In this document: one piece after another, positions 54,787 through 64,000 of the stretch
Position numbering within the stretch: position 1 is the first letter of the stretch
Layout of the letters: each line of letters opens with the position of its first letter
Assembly: GCA_963713825.1 (NCBI GenBank)
Contig: CAVQNG010000005.1
Location: forward strand, 96,001-160,000
Length of the DNA: 64,000 nucleotides
Direction of reading: 5' to 3'
Source: an uncultured Acidobacteriota bacterium
GTDB taxonomy: Bacteria > Acidobacteriota > Thermoanaerobaculia > Multivoradales > JAHEKO01
Made by a program: the position numbers and the translations under genes
The notes under the pieces: generated by a model
Databases searched by the model: none
What the model was told of the DNA's origin: nothing
What the model saw: the letters and a program-made list of their open reading frames with translations, nothing else

Positions 54787-57516
54787 CTATTTACCGCTCG
54801 GGAGTGTCTTCTCCAGCTCTTCGAACCAGTTGAATACGAAGGTTGCCTGGGTCTTGGTCAGGCGATCCTCCTCATCCGGGAACATAACGAAACGCTGGCC
54901 ATCGGCAGCTGCGTCGTAGTCGGGAAAGACGAATCCCGCCAGGGCGATACCCTGGATGCCACCACGGAAGCGACCTTCGAACAGCCTTCTGGCCTTGCCG
55001 ACGCGGAAAGTCGGGCCGTCGGTCTCTACGTCAGCCACCATGACCGCGTCGTTGGTACGGTAGAAGAGCTCACGGCCGTCTCGTGACCAGATGGGCCACC
55101 TGCCACTTTCGTCCGAGACCTGCCATCGACCACCGGCCGACGGGTAGGGACGAACGTAGATCTGGAAGCGACCTGATTCGTTGGACGCGTAAGCGACCCA
55201 GCGGCCGTTCGGCGAGAAGACCGGATCGCGCTCCAGGAATGAAGTGACGAGGTAGGGCTCCGGCGCCGTGCTGCCATCGAGGGAAATGACGTAGATGTCG
55301 ATGGTCTCGGCGTTCGCCTCTGCAAGAGCGACCTTGCCGTCTGGCGAGAGCGAGATGGGGTACATCTGAAGTTCGCCCTCAGTCAGGGCTTCGGCTTCGC
55401 CGGAGCCATCGGCTCGCTTGCGATAGAGATTGGCCGCACCGTCGCGGTCGGAGGTGAAGATCAAGTACTCACCGTCTGGACTCCAGATCTGGTCGGCGTC
55501 GTAGCCGTCGTGGAAGGTCAGTCGGGTGGCCACCTCTCGCTCCAGGTCGTAGACCCAGACATCCCAGTTGCTGCCATCGAGGATGGAAAAGGCGAGCCGC
55601 TTTCCTTCGGGTGAGAGTCTCGGGTTGGCATAGCTGGCCGGAGTTTCCCAGAGCCTGGTCACTTGGCCATTGCGGTCGACCCAGACGGCGGGGTACTCGG
55701 GCACACCCAGCTCGCCGCTGATGTAGGTCAGGGTCCCATTGTCGGCAAAAGAGAACTGAGCGCCGCCCGCACCGACGGAGGCGGTGATTCCTTGGACGAC
55801 CGGCGCGGCGGAGCCGGCGATCTCTCGCGTCTCGGGATCGAACGGCACGGCGAAGAGCGTTCCCTCGTGAATGTAGACCAGGTGGCCGGTGGGGACGTAA
55901 CGCCCGTAGTAGCCGCCCCGATGCAGAATCTTGTGCTCTCCCGTCTCTACATCGGCAACCGCGATGAGCGCCTCGTCGGCGGAAGGCATGGCCTGAGTGA
56001 AGACCGTGAAGATCACGGCTTTGCCGTCGGGCATGGCCTGCGGCCAACGGTGAGAGGTCTCCTTCTCGCCTTCGTCCAGCCTGGTGAGAGGTTGTAGCTC
56101 CCCGCCGTTGGCGGAGACCCGTGACAGACCATCCCTCCCCGTCGGAGACACGATGATGGTGTCGTCGGGTAGCCATGTCGCACCCCGGCTCAGCTCGACG
56201 TCGCAAAGGGTGATCGAGGCGCCGCCGGAGACCGGGATCTTCTTGAGCTCTCCGGGTGTGACGTAGGCGATCCACTCCCCATCCGGCGAGAAGACTGGGT
56301 GGTAGACGATGTCGGCGCTCGCACCACCGGCAAGAACTGCTCCCTGCAGCTGCCCGAGAGATCGAGTCCAGAGGGTACGCTCGGTCTCGTCGCCTGTGAC
56401 GTAGGCGAGGCGACTGCCGTCAGGGGCAAGCTCGATGCTGGAGCCCAGGGTCATCCACAAAGGTTCGGTGGACACCGTGGCGTCGAGACGGACGGGCTCT
56501 TCGGTGAATGATGGTTGGGGCCGCGAGAGCAGGGCGAGAGCAATCAGTCCCAAGAAACTGAGGCCGGCGATCGCCCAGGGCAAGAGCCGCCGCCAGGCTG
56601 GCTCGGGGGTGGCCTCGACGACTGCCGCTGGATGGGTGCTGTCACCATCCACGGTTCCGGCCAAGGCATCGACCAGCTCGAGCCGAGCCGAGGTGGCGTC
56701 CGGCAGACGATCTCTTGCCTCACGCTCCAGGCACCGACGCAGCAGGCGACGTATCTGACTGGGTGTTTCCTCCGGTAGATCTTCGAACTCAGGGTCGGCC
56801 CGCAGGACACCGGCGAGAGTGTCGGACAGGGTCTTGCCGATGAAGAGCTGCTTGCCCGTGAGCATCTCCCAGAGCACCACACCGAAGGCCCACAAGTCGG
56901 CTCGTTTGTCGGCCGCCTCGCCTCGCGCCTGCTCGGGGCTCATGTAGCCGGCGGTACCCAGGAGAACTCCTGCGGTCGTCATATGGGCGGTCAGCGTGGG
57001 CGACATGGTGAGCGAAGGCGCCGAGCCCGAGGCGTCTGTCTCGGACTCCAGGGCCTTGGCCAGACCGAAGTCGAGCACCTTGACCGTGCCCTCGGGAGAG
57101 ACCATGACGTTGCCCGGCTTGAGGTCCCGATGGATGATCCCCTTCTCATGGGCAGCTTCCAGGGCGTCGGCGATCTGACGGGCGATCGTCAGCGCATCGT
57201 GCATCGGGAGAGGCCCGCGAGCGATACGCTCCTGCAGTGTCTCTCCGGGCGCCAATTGCATTACCAGGAGCTTGCGTCCTTCGGCTTCCTCCAGGCCATA
57301 GATGGCCGCGATGCTGGGATGGTCGAGGGCGGCCAGGACCCGCGCCTCGCGCTCGAAACGGGCTAGCCGCTCGGGATCCTCGGTAAAGGCCTCGGGCAGG
57401 ACCTTGATCGCGACCTCGCGACCGAGCTGGCTGTCCTCGGCCTTGTAGACCTCGCCCATCCCGCCCTCGCCGAGCTTGTCGGTGATGTTGTAGTGCGACA
57501 GATTCGATCCGATCAT
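54787..57516 (-). CDS. Ser/Thr protein kinase, TM, PD40 propeller (tandem copy 3)
   Basis: Full kinase motifs, HRWPQ, SPDG repeats; 909 aa. Confidence 0.95.
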   Translation of the reverse strand: MIGSNLSHYNITDKLGEGGMGEVYKAEDSQLGREVAIKVLPEAFTEDPERLARFEREARVLAALDHPSIAAIYGLEEAEGRKLLVMQLAPGETLQERIARGPLPMHDALTIARQIADALEAAHEKGIIHRDLKPGNVMVSPEGTVKVLDFGLAKALESETDASGSAPSLTMSPTLTAHMTTAGVLLGTAGYMSPEQARGEAADKRADLWAFGVVLWEMLTGKQLFIGKTLSDTLAGVLRADPEFEDLPEETPSQIRRLLRRCLEREARDRLPDATSARLELVDALAGTVDGDSTHPAAVVEATPEPAWRRLLPWAIAGLSFLGLIALALLSRPQPSFTEEPVRLDATVSTEPLWMTLGSSIELAPDGSRLAYVTGDETERTLWTRSLGQLQGAVLAGGASADIVYHPVFSPDGEWIAYVTPGELKKIPVSGGASITLCDVELSRGATWLPDDTIIVSPTGRDGLSRVSANGGELQPLTRLDEGEKETSHRWPQAMPDGKAVIFTVFTQAMPSADEALIAVADVETGEHKILHRGGYYGRYVPTGHLVYIHEGTLFAVPFDPETREIAGSAAPVVQGITASVGAGGAQFSFADNGTLTYISGELGVPEYPAVWVDRNGQVTRLWETPASYANPRLSPEGKRLAFSILDGSNWDVWVYDLEREVATRLTFHDGYDADQIWSPDGEYLIFTSDRDGAANLYRKRADGSGEAEALTEGELQMYPISLSPDGKVALAEANAETIDIYVISLDGSTAPEPYLVTSFLERDPVFSPNGRWVAYASNESGRFQIYVRPYPSAGGRWQVSDESGRWPIWSRDGRELFYRTNDAVMVADVETDGPTFRVGKARRLFEGRFRGGIQGIALAGFVFPDYDAAADGQRFVMFPDEEDRLTKTQATFVFNWFEELEKTLPSGK

Positions 57517-57521
57517 CGCTG

Positions 57522-60251
57522 CTAGTCCGATCCTGTGGGGAGTATTCGACGCAGATCGTCGAACCAGTTGAAAACCATGGTCACGTGGGTCTTGGGGGCG
57601 ACATCGGTATCCTCGGGGAACATGACAAATCGCTGGCCGTCCGGGGAGACGTCGTAGTCCCCGAAGATGTAGCCACCCACCGAAATTCCGAACATTCCGC
57701 CTCGAAAAGGACCTTCCACCACGGCCTTCGGCGTGCCGATACTCAGGCTGTCACCGGTGGCCTCCACCGAGACCTCCATGATGCCGGTATTGGTGCGGTA
57801 GAACAGCCGTCGTCCGTCCCCGGACCAAAGAGGCCAGGCGCCACCGCCATCGGAGACCTGCCACTTACCCCCTGCGGCCGGATAGGGTCGCACATAGACC
57901 TCGAATACACCCGACTCGTTGGAGGAGTAGGTGATCCACCGCCCGTCCGGCGAGAAGTCGGGGTACCTTTCGTCGAACTCCGAAGCCAGAAAGACCTCTG
58001 GCTCACCGCTTCCGTCGAGAGGCAGTATGTAGAGGTCGAGGTTACCGGCTTTCGCGACTTCTCCAGCCAGGAAGTTGCCGTCACCAGAGACCGAAAAGGG
58101 GTAGAAGGCCTCCTCGCTCTCGAAGAGGCGCTCGACCTCTCCGGAGCCGTCAGCGCGCTTGCGATAGAGGCTCTCGATTCCGTCTCGGGTCGAGGTGAAA
58201 ATGAGGTGTTTTCCATCGGGTGTCCACGCCTGATCGGCGTCGTAGCCCTCAGCGAAGGTGAGCCGGGTCGCCACTTCGCGCTCCAGGTCGTAGACCCAGA
58301 CATCCCACTGACCGTCTCGAAAGACAGAGATCCCCAGTTTCTTGCCGTCCGGGGAGAGAGTGGGCTCGCCATAGGCACCCCGAGTCTCCCAGAGGGTGGT
58401 CGATTTGCCGTTCCTGTCCACCCAGACGATGGGGTAGGTCGGGACTCCGACCTCACCGCTGACGTAGGCCAGGTTTCCCGAGTCGGAGAAGCTGTACTGC
58501 GCTCCGCCAGGACCATTGTCCGTGGTGATGCCCTGGACGAGGGGGGCTGGTGAGCCGGTTGGCTCCAGCTTCTCGGCGTCGAAAGTCATCCCGAACAGGG
58601 TACCGTCGCGAATGAAGACCAGATGTCCGCTCGGCACGTAGCGGGCGTAGTAGCCGCCTTGGTGAATCACTTTCTGCTCACCCGTTTCCAGGGAGACGAC
58701 TTCGATGATGGCGTCGTCGACACTGCTCATACCCTGGTAGCCAACGGTATAGATGACGGCCTTGCCGTCGGGCATGAATTGTGGCCATCGATGACTGAAA
58801 TCCTGACGCTCTTCGTTCAGTTCAGTCAGGGGCTGCGGATTGCCGCCAGCCGCCAATACGGTGAAGAGCTCGCTGGACCCATCGGGTGCGAGTACGATGT
58901 TGTCGTTCGGTCCCCACGAGGCACCTCGACTGGCGTCTACTTCACACAGGGCGATCGGGGTGCCGCCCGTGATCGGGACCTTCCTCATCTCGTTGCGAGT
59001 CACGTATCCGACCCACTTCCCGTCCGGCGAGAAAAAGGGGTGGTAGGGCTCCTCCGTATTCGTTCCCGTCGCCAGTTCGGTTCCCGCCAGCTGGTCCAGG
59101 GATCGGGTGAAGAGAGTGCGGCGAGCATTATCGTCGGTCACGTAAACCAGGCGAGAGCCGTCGGGAGACAGCACGATGCTGGCTCCCAGGTCGACGTACA
59201 GCGGATCGTCAGCCAGCACCGCCTCGAGGCGGATCGGAGCCTTGGGCTCGGGTGTGTCGGGCCACAGCGCGACGAGTGCTGCGACGAGGCCGGCTGCTGC
59301 TACTGCAAACATGGCCCAAGGGAGGACTCGTTTCCAGGTGGGTTGAGCTTCTTGGATGACCGCTGCTTCTGGGGCTACCTCGGTTTCAGGGTTCGCCAGA
59401 TACTGCTGCAGGGCGATCCGTGCCTCGCCGATGGCCTGCAACCGGTCTGGAGTCTCCTTCTCGAGACAGCGCTCCAGGAGCTTGCGAATTCGGCGCGGGG
59501 TATCTGAGGGAAGTTCCTCCCATTCGGGCTCCCGCGCCAGCACCCCAGCCAGGGTGTCGGAGACCGTGCGACCTGCGTACACAGTTTTGCCTGTGAGCAT
59601 CTCCATGAGCACGACGCCGAAGGCCCAGACATCGGCACGGCGGTCGGCAAGCTCGCCTCGCGCCTGTTCCGGGCTCATGTAGGCGGCAGTCCCCAGCAAG
59701 ACACCGACTTCCGTCATTTGAGCAGTGAGGGTCGGGGATAGGGACAGGCTGCCGGAGTTCGACGAGTTGGGATCTCCCGCGTCCAGGGCTTTGGCCAGCC
59801 CGAAGTCGAGCACCTTGACCTGGCCGTCGGAGGAGACCTTGACGTTGGCCGGTTTCAGGTCCCGATGAATGATCCCCTTGTCGTGCGCGGTTTCGAGAGC
59901 CTCGGCGATCTGAAGAGCGATCTTGGCTGCCTTCTGGGGTGGCAGCTGGCCGCGGGAGAGGAGATCTTTGAGGTCCTCGCCCTCGGCCAGTTGCATAACC
60001 AGGAACTTGCGACCCTCGGCCTCCTCGAGTCCGTAGATGGAAGCGATGTGGGGGTGATCCAACGCTGCCAGCACCCGTGCCTCGCGCTCGAATCGGGCCA
60101 TGCGCTCCGCGTCCTGCGCGAAGGCTGCGGGCAGTACCTTGATCGCTACCTCACGACCGAGGTTGGTGTCCTCGGCCCGCCACACCTCACCCATGCCCCC
60201 TTCGCCGAGCTTGTCGGTGATCTTGTAATGGGAAAACTTCTCGCCAATCAT
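57522..60251 (-). CDS. Ser/Thr protein kinase, TM, PD40 propeller (tandem copy 2)
   Basis: Full kinase motifs, HRWPQ, SPDG repeats; 909 aa. Confidence 0.95.
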   Translation of the reverse strand: MIGEKFSHYKITDKLGEGGMGEVWRAEDTNLGREVAIKVLPAAFAQDAERMARFEREARVLAALDHPHIASIYGLEEAEGRKFLVMQLAEGEDLKDLLSRGQLPPQKAAKIALQIAEALETAHDKGIIHRDLKPANVKVSSDGQVKVLDFGLAKALDAGDPNSSNSGSLSLSPTLTAQMTEVGVLLGTAAYMSPEQARGELADRRADVWAFGVVLMEMLTGKTVYAGRTVSDTLAGVLAREPEWEELPSDTPRRIRKLLERCLEKETPDRLQAIGEARIALQQYLANPETEVAPEAAVIQEAQPTWKRVLPWAMFAVAAAGLVAALVALWPDTPEPKAPIRLEAVLADDPLYVDLGASIVLSPDGSRLVYVTDDNARRTLFTRSLDQLAGTELATGTNTEEPYHPFFSPDGKWVGYVTRNEMRKVPITGGTPIALCEVDASRGASWGPNDNIVLAPDGSSELFTVLAAGGNPQPLTELNEERQDFSHRWPQFMPDGKAVIYTVGYQGMSSVDDAIIEVVSLETGEQKVIHQGGYYARYVPSGHLVFIRDGTLFGMTFDAEKLEPTGSPAPLVQGITTDNGPGGAQYSFSDSGNLAYVSGEVGVPTYPIVWVDRNGKSTTLWETRGAYGEPTLSPDGKKLGISVFRDGQWDVWVYDLEREVATRLTFAEGYDADQAWTPDGKHLIFTSTRDGIESLYRKRADGSGEVERLFESEEAFYPFSVSGDGNFLAGEVAKAGNLDLYILPLDGSGEPEVFLASEFDERYPDFSPDGRWITYSSNESGVFEVYVRPYPAAGGKWQVSDGGGAWPLWSGDGRRLFYRTNTGIMEVSVEATGDSLSIGTPKAVVEGPFRGGMFGISVGGYIFGDYDVSPDGQRFVMFPEDTDVAPKTHVTMVFNWFDDLRRILPTGSD

Positions 60252-60254
60252 TGT

Positions 60255-62984
60255 TTACCGTCCTGTCGCGACAAAAGCCCGTTGAACTTCTTCCAACCAA
60301 TTGAAAACCATAATCAGGTGGGCCCCTTTGCCCTCCTCGGTGCTCTGCGGGAACATCACAAACCCCTCACCCGAGGGTAGGACATCGTAGTCCTGGAATC
60401 GGAACCCGCTGACGGCCATTCCAGTTGTACCACCCCGAAAGCGACCTTCGAAGAGCTGCCGCGGTTTGCCGGCCCTGAAAGTGCCGCCCTGGCTCTCCAC
60501 CGAAACCACCATGAGGCCGGTGTCGGTGCGGTAGTAGAGCTCTTTCGCGTCAGGCGACCATAGAGGAATTCCACCGCCCTCGTCAGAGACCTGCCATTTA
60601 CCGCCCGCGGCTGGAAAAGGGCGCACGTAAACCTCGTCACTTCCGGACTCATCCGACGTATAGGCGACCCATCGACCATCGGGGGAGAAGGCTGGAGAAT
60701 TCTCGCTGAACTCGGTAGCCAGGAACATCTCGACCTCGGCGCTCTCGTCGAGTGCTAGAGCCCAGATGTTGCCTGTGCCGGCCTCGCCGATCAGGATCCG
60801 CCCATCGTTGGACCAGGAGGTCGGGAACAGGCTCTCCCCTTCGAGCTCGATAACGAGCTCTCCTTCGCCTGAGCCGTCGGCTCGCTTGCGGTAGATACCG
60901 TCTCCGCCGCCGCGGTCCGAATTGAAGACCAGATACTGCCCATCGGGGGACCAGACCTGGTCGCCGTCGTAGCCCTCGTTGAACGTCAGCCGAGTCGGTA
61001 CCTCACGCTCCAAGTCGTAGACCCAGATGTCCCAGTTGTCATCACGCAGAATGGTGAGTGCGAGCGACCTGCCATCCGGAGAGATTGACGGCGAGGTGTA
61101 GGTCCCGGGTTGCTGCCACAGTGTCGTCGTGGCGCCCTGATGGCTGACGGAGAGAATCGGGTACTCGGGCACGCTGAACTCACCTCCGACAAAGGCCAGG
61201 GTGCCGAGGTCCGAGACGCTGAACTGGGCGCCACCCTCGGAGTTGATGGCCACTCCCTGAACCAGGGGTGCCGGCGAGCCGGTGACCTCCAGTTTCTCGA
61301 GATCGAATGGGATGGCAAAGAGGGTGCCGCTGTTGGCGTAGACGAGATGACCGGACGCGACATAGCGCCCGAAGTGACCACCACTGTGCAGCACCTTGCG
61401 CTCTCCGCTTGCAAGATCGACTAGCTCGATCGAGGCCTCGTCGAAGGACTCGGCTTCGGCAACAATGCTCGTGAAGATCGCGGCTCGGGAGCCGGGCAGC
61501 ACCTGAGGCCAGCGGTGTGAGCTCTCTTCCTTGGCCTCGTCGAGTGTCGTCAAGGCCTCGGGATCTCCGCCTGTGGCAGAGACCCGTAGTAGTCCGGAAT
61601 TCGGATCGGGTGCGAAGACGATGTTGCCATCGTCACCCCAGCTCGAGCCGCGACTGCGCCCCACTTCGCACATTGTGATGGGAGTACCGCCAGTCACCGG
61701 CAGCTTCTTGAGTTCACCAGGGGTAACAAACCCCAGCCATTGGCTGTCCGGTGAAAAGAAGGGATGGTAGGGAGCGGATCCACCGCCGCCGGTGCCGGCC
61801 GCGAGTTGGGTTCCTTCCAGCTGATCCAGAGAACGCAGATAGAGCTCGGTCGAGTCTCCCTGACCTACGACGTAGGCCAGGTGTTTGCCATCGGGAGACA
61901 GCACCGTGGCTTCTCCCAGCGCCACCCAAAGCGGCGAGTCTGAAACTGCCACCTCTACTCTTGTTACGGGGCTGGGTGGGGTGGGCTCCGTGCTGCCGGG
62001 CCAGAGGAGGGCGCCAAGAAGGGCAAGTCCGAAGAGCCCAGCGACAGCCCAGGGCAGAGCCGCCTTCCATATTGGTTGAGTCTGGACTTCGATGGACGAG
62101 ATCTCGGCTTGCTCCTCGGTAGGGTTTGCCAGGTATTTCTGAATCCCGATTCGGGCTTCGCCGATTGCTTGCAGGCGCTCCTTCGAGTCCTTCTGGAGGC
62201 AGCGGTCCAGGAGCTCCCGGAGTGCCTTCGGCGTGTCGGCCGGAAGCTCTTCCCACTCCGGCTCTCTCGCCAACACGCCAGCCAGAGTGTCGGAAACCGT
62301 GTCTCCGGCGTAGACCGTCTTGCCTGTCAGCATCTCCATCAGCACCACGCCGAAGGCCCAGACATCGGCTCTCCGGTCCGCGGCCTGTCCCCGGGCCTGC
62401 TCTGGGCTCATGTAGGCAGCCGTACCCAGCAGGACACCGACTTCCGTCATTTGAGCGGTCAGGGTCGGGGAGAGAGACAGGCTTCCTGAGCCCGAGGAAT
62501 TGGGGTCCCCCGCGTCCAGCGCTTTGGCGAGACCGAAGTCGAGCACCTTGATCTGGCCGTCGGCGGAGACCTTGACATTGGCTGGCTTCAGGTCCCGGTG
62601 AATGATGCCCTTGTCGTGCGCGGCCTCGAGAGCCTCAGCGATCTGGAGCGCGATTTTGGCTGCCTTCTGGGGCGGAAGCTGGCCACGGGAGAGGAGCTCC
62701 TTGAGGTCCTCACCCTCGGCCAATTGCATGACGAGGAACTTGCGGCCTTCGGCCTCCTCGAGTCCGTAGATGGAAGCGATGTGCGGATGATCGAGCGCTG
62801 CCAGCACTCGCGCCTCGCGCTCGAAGCGGGCCATGCGATCGGCGTCCTGTGCGAAGGCCTCGGGCAGCACTTTGATCGCCACTTCGCGACCGAGATGCGT
62901 GTCTTCGCCCCGCCACACCTCGCCCATACCGCCTTCGCCGAGCTTGTCGGTTATCTTGTAGTGAGAGAGTTCCTGTCCGATCAT
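60255..62984 (-). CDS. Ser/Thr protein kinase, TM, PD40 propeller (tandem copy 1)
   Basis: Start MIGQELSHY at 62984 after GGAG; 909 aa. Confidence 0.95.
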   Translation of the reverse strand: MIGQELSHYKITDKLGEGGMGEVWRGEDTHLGREVAIKVLPEAFAQDADRMARFEREARVLAALDHPHIASIYGLEEAEGRKFLVMQLAEGEDLKELLSRGQLPPQKAAKIALQIAEALEAAHDKGIIHRDLKPANVKVSADGQIKVLDFGLAKALDAGDPNSSGSGSLSLSPTLTAQMTEVGVLLGTAAYMSPEQARGQAADRRADVWAFGVVLMEMLTGKTVYAGDTVSDTLAGVLAREPEWEELPADTPKALRELLDRCLQKDSKERLQAIGEARIGIQKYLANPTEEQAEISSIEVQTQPIWKAALPWAVAGLFGLALLGALLWPGSTEPTPPSPVTRVEVAVSDSPLWVALGEATVLSPDGKHLAYVVGQGDSTELYLRSLDQLEGTQLAAGTGGGGSAPYHPFFSPDSQWLGFVTPGELKKLPVTGGTPITMCEVGRSRGSSWGDDGNIVFAPDPNSGLLRVSATGGDPEALTTLDEAKEESSHRWPQVLPGSRAAIFTSIVAEAESFDEASIELVDLASGERKVLHSGGHFGRYVASGHLVYANSGTLFAIPFDLEKLEVTGSPAPLVQGVAINSEGGAQFSVSDLGTLAFVGGEFSVPEYPILSVSHQGATTTLWQQPGTYTSPSISPDGRSLALTILRDDNWDIWVYDLEREVPTRLTFNEGYDGDQVWSPDGQYLVFNSDRGGGDGIYRKRADGSGEGELVIELEGESLFPTSWSNDGRILIGEAGTGNIWALALDESAEVEMFLATEFSENSPAFSPDGRWVAYTSDESGSDEVYVRPFPAAGGKWQVSDEGGGIPLWSPDAKELYYRTDTGLMVVSVESQGGTFRAGKPRQLFEGRFRGGTTGMAVSGFRFQDYDVLPSGEGFVMFPQSTEEGKGAHLIMVFNWLEEVQRAFVATGR

Positions 62985-63064
62985 CGTCGCTCCAATTGGA
63001 AGTGCCGAAGCACTCCCGACCCGTTGGCAGTTATCAGGAAAGCGTGGCACATGGTACTACAAGA

Positions 63065-63507
63065 GGGTTGAGGCGGCCGTCGTACCTTCGGCCGACCTTT
63101 GAGGGCTTGGGGGTTGAAGCGCCCGTCGTACCTTCGGCCGGTCTTTGAGGGCTTGGGGGTTGAGGCGCCCGTCGACCCGACCGTCGCGATCTCTTTGAGG
63201 CCCGTCCGGGTGGTCCGCAGGGGGACGGCGACGGCTACTCAGACTGCGATGGGCGGGCCGCCACCTTGTCTCGTCATCGCGCCTCCTCTGTTGTGCTCTG
63301 CGATGGCTCTTGCGCTGCACGCGACTCGGCACCCCCTTACGAACCACCCGAACGAACCTCTGGCACCGTTGAAGGCAATAGGGGCGTAAGGGCCTAGGGG
63401 CTTAGGGGACTCTTGACCAAGCGGCATCCAGGGTTCGGCGTTGGGACCTCCAGGGGGTTCTTGCAGCGGAAGGGAGGATAGCCCCTTGGGGGCCCCACTT
63501 CGGACCC
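63065..63507. repeat. Mosaic repeat locus D: three R3 units (minus), R1 (63197-63360), octamer run, R2 (63431-63507)
   Basis: Direct sequence homology with loci A-C; lies between divergent kinases. Confidence 0.92.
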
Positions 63508-63582
63508 TTGCGAGGCTCCGATCAAGCCGCACTGAAGCTCGGGTAGAATCGACTCACGACTTCGAAGCTGGAAGTGGAGACC

Positions 63583-64000
63583 ATGGCACTCGAACCAGGG
63601 AGCAAGCTCGGACCGTACGAGATCCTGGCGCCGTTGGGCGCGGGTGGGATGGGGGAGGTCTATCGGGCCCGCGACGACCGTCTCGAGCGGGAAGTTGCGA
63701 TCAAGGTGCTGCCAGAGGACCTAGCGGAAGATGCCAATCGGCTGGCTCGCTTCGAAAGAGAGGCCAAGGCAGTAGCGTCCCTCTCGCACCCCAACATCCT
63801 GGCGATCCACGACTTCGGGCGGCAGGGCTCTGTGACCTTCGCGGTGACAGAGTTGGTCGACGGAGACACCCTGGAAGACCTCATCGCCTCGGGAAACATA
63901 CCTCAACGCAAGGCCGTCGACTATTGCCGGCAAATCGCCAACGGACTGGCGGCGGCGCATGACAAAGGGGTCGTCCATCGGGACGTGAAACCGGCCAACG
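63583..64000 (+). CDS. Ser/Thr protein kinase, N-terminal part (runs off the window)
   Basis: [52 protein letters not shown]; GGAG RBS; TAGAAT at 63544. Confidence 0.93.
   Translation, partial: MALEPGSKLGPYEILAPLGAGGMGEVYRARDDRLEREVAIKVLPEDLAEDANRLARFEREAKAVASLSHPNILAIHDFGRQGSVTFAVTELVDGDTLEDLIASGNIPQRKAVDYCRQIANGLAAAHDKGVVHRDVKPAN

Noticed and set aside
54787-62984. Diversity-generating retroelement acting on kinase C-termini
   Set aside because: No reverse transcriptase, and no template/variable repeat pair with adenine-specific differences was noticed.
63065-63200. CRISPR array
   Set aside because: Only 2-3 units per locus, spacers are related to each other and self-complementary, the repeat is non-palindromic, and there is no leader or cas gene. 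Reported as R3 instead.

Overview
GC-rich bacterial chromosomal segment. The gene content suggests Acidobacteriota, possibly Thermoanaerobaculia-like (inference): an ADOP-type ABC permease, many membrane Hanks-type kinases, an ECF43-like sigma factor and a C-terminal IFxDxFE motif. About 42% of the window (~26.6 kb) encodes 11 Ser/Thr kinases with a TM segment and a C-terminal sensor (PD40/TolB-like propeller or TPR), including a tandem triplet of exactly 909 aa each. Hydrolases, transporters, an RpoD paralog and an ADP-ribosylhydrolase/dual-specificity phosphatase fusion lie between them. Two signals are not in the ORF track. (1) A modular intergenic repeat family at six loci, built from a 164-bp unit folding on the minus strand (x4), a 77-78-bp hairpin folding on the plus strand (x3), 46-50-bp-period mini-arrays with variable hairpin spacers, G3N5 octamer runs and a CCCAGGA heptamer that also frameshifts one kinase. 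(2) Three tiny kinase 'stub' ORFs plus two other genes that look collapsed by internal deletions. Several 1-2 nt frameshifts suggest long-read consensus errors, so those pseudogene calls are tentative. No rRNA, tRNA, cas, transposase, integrase or reverse transcriptase was recognised.
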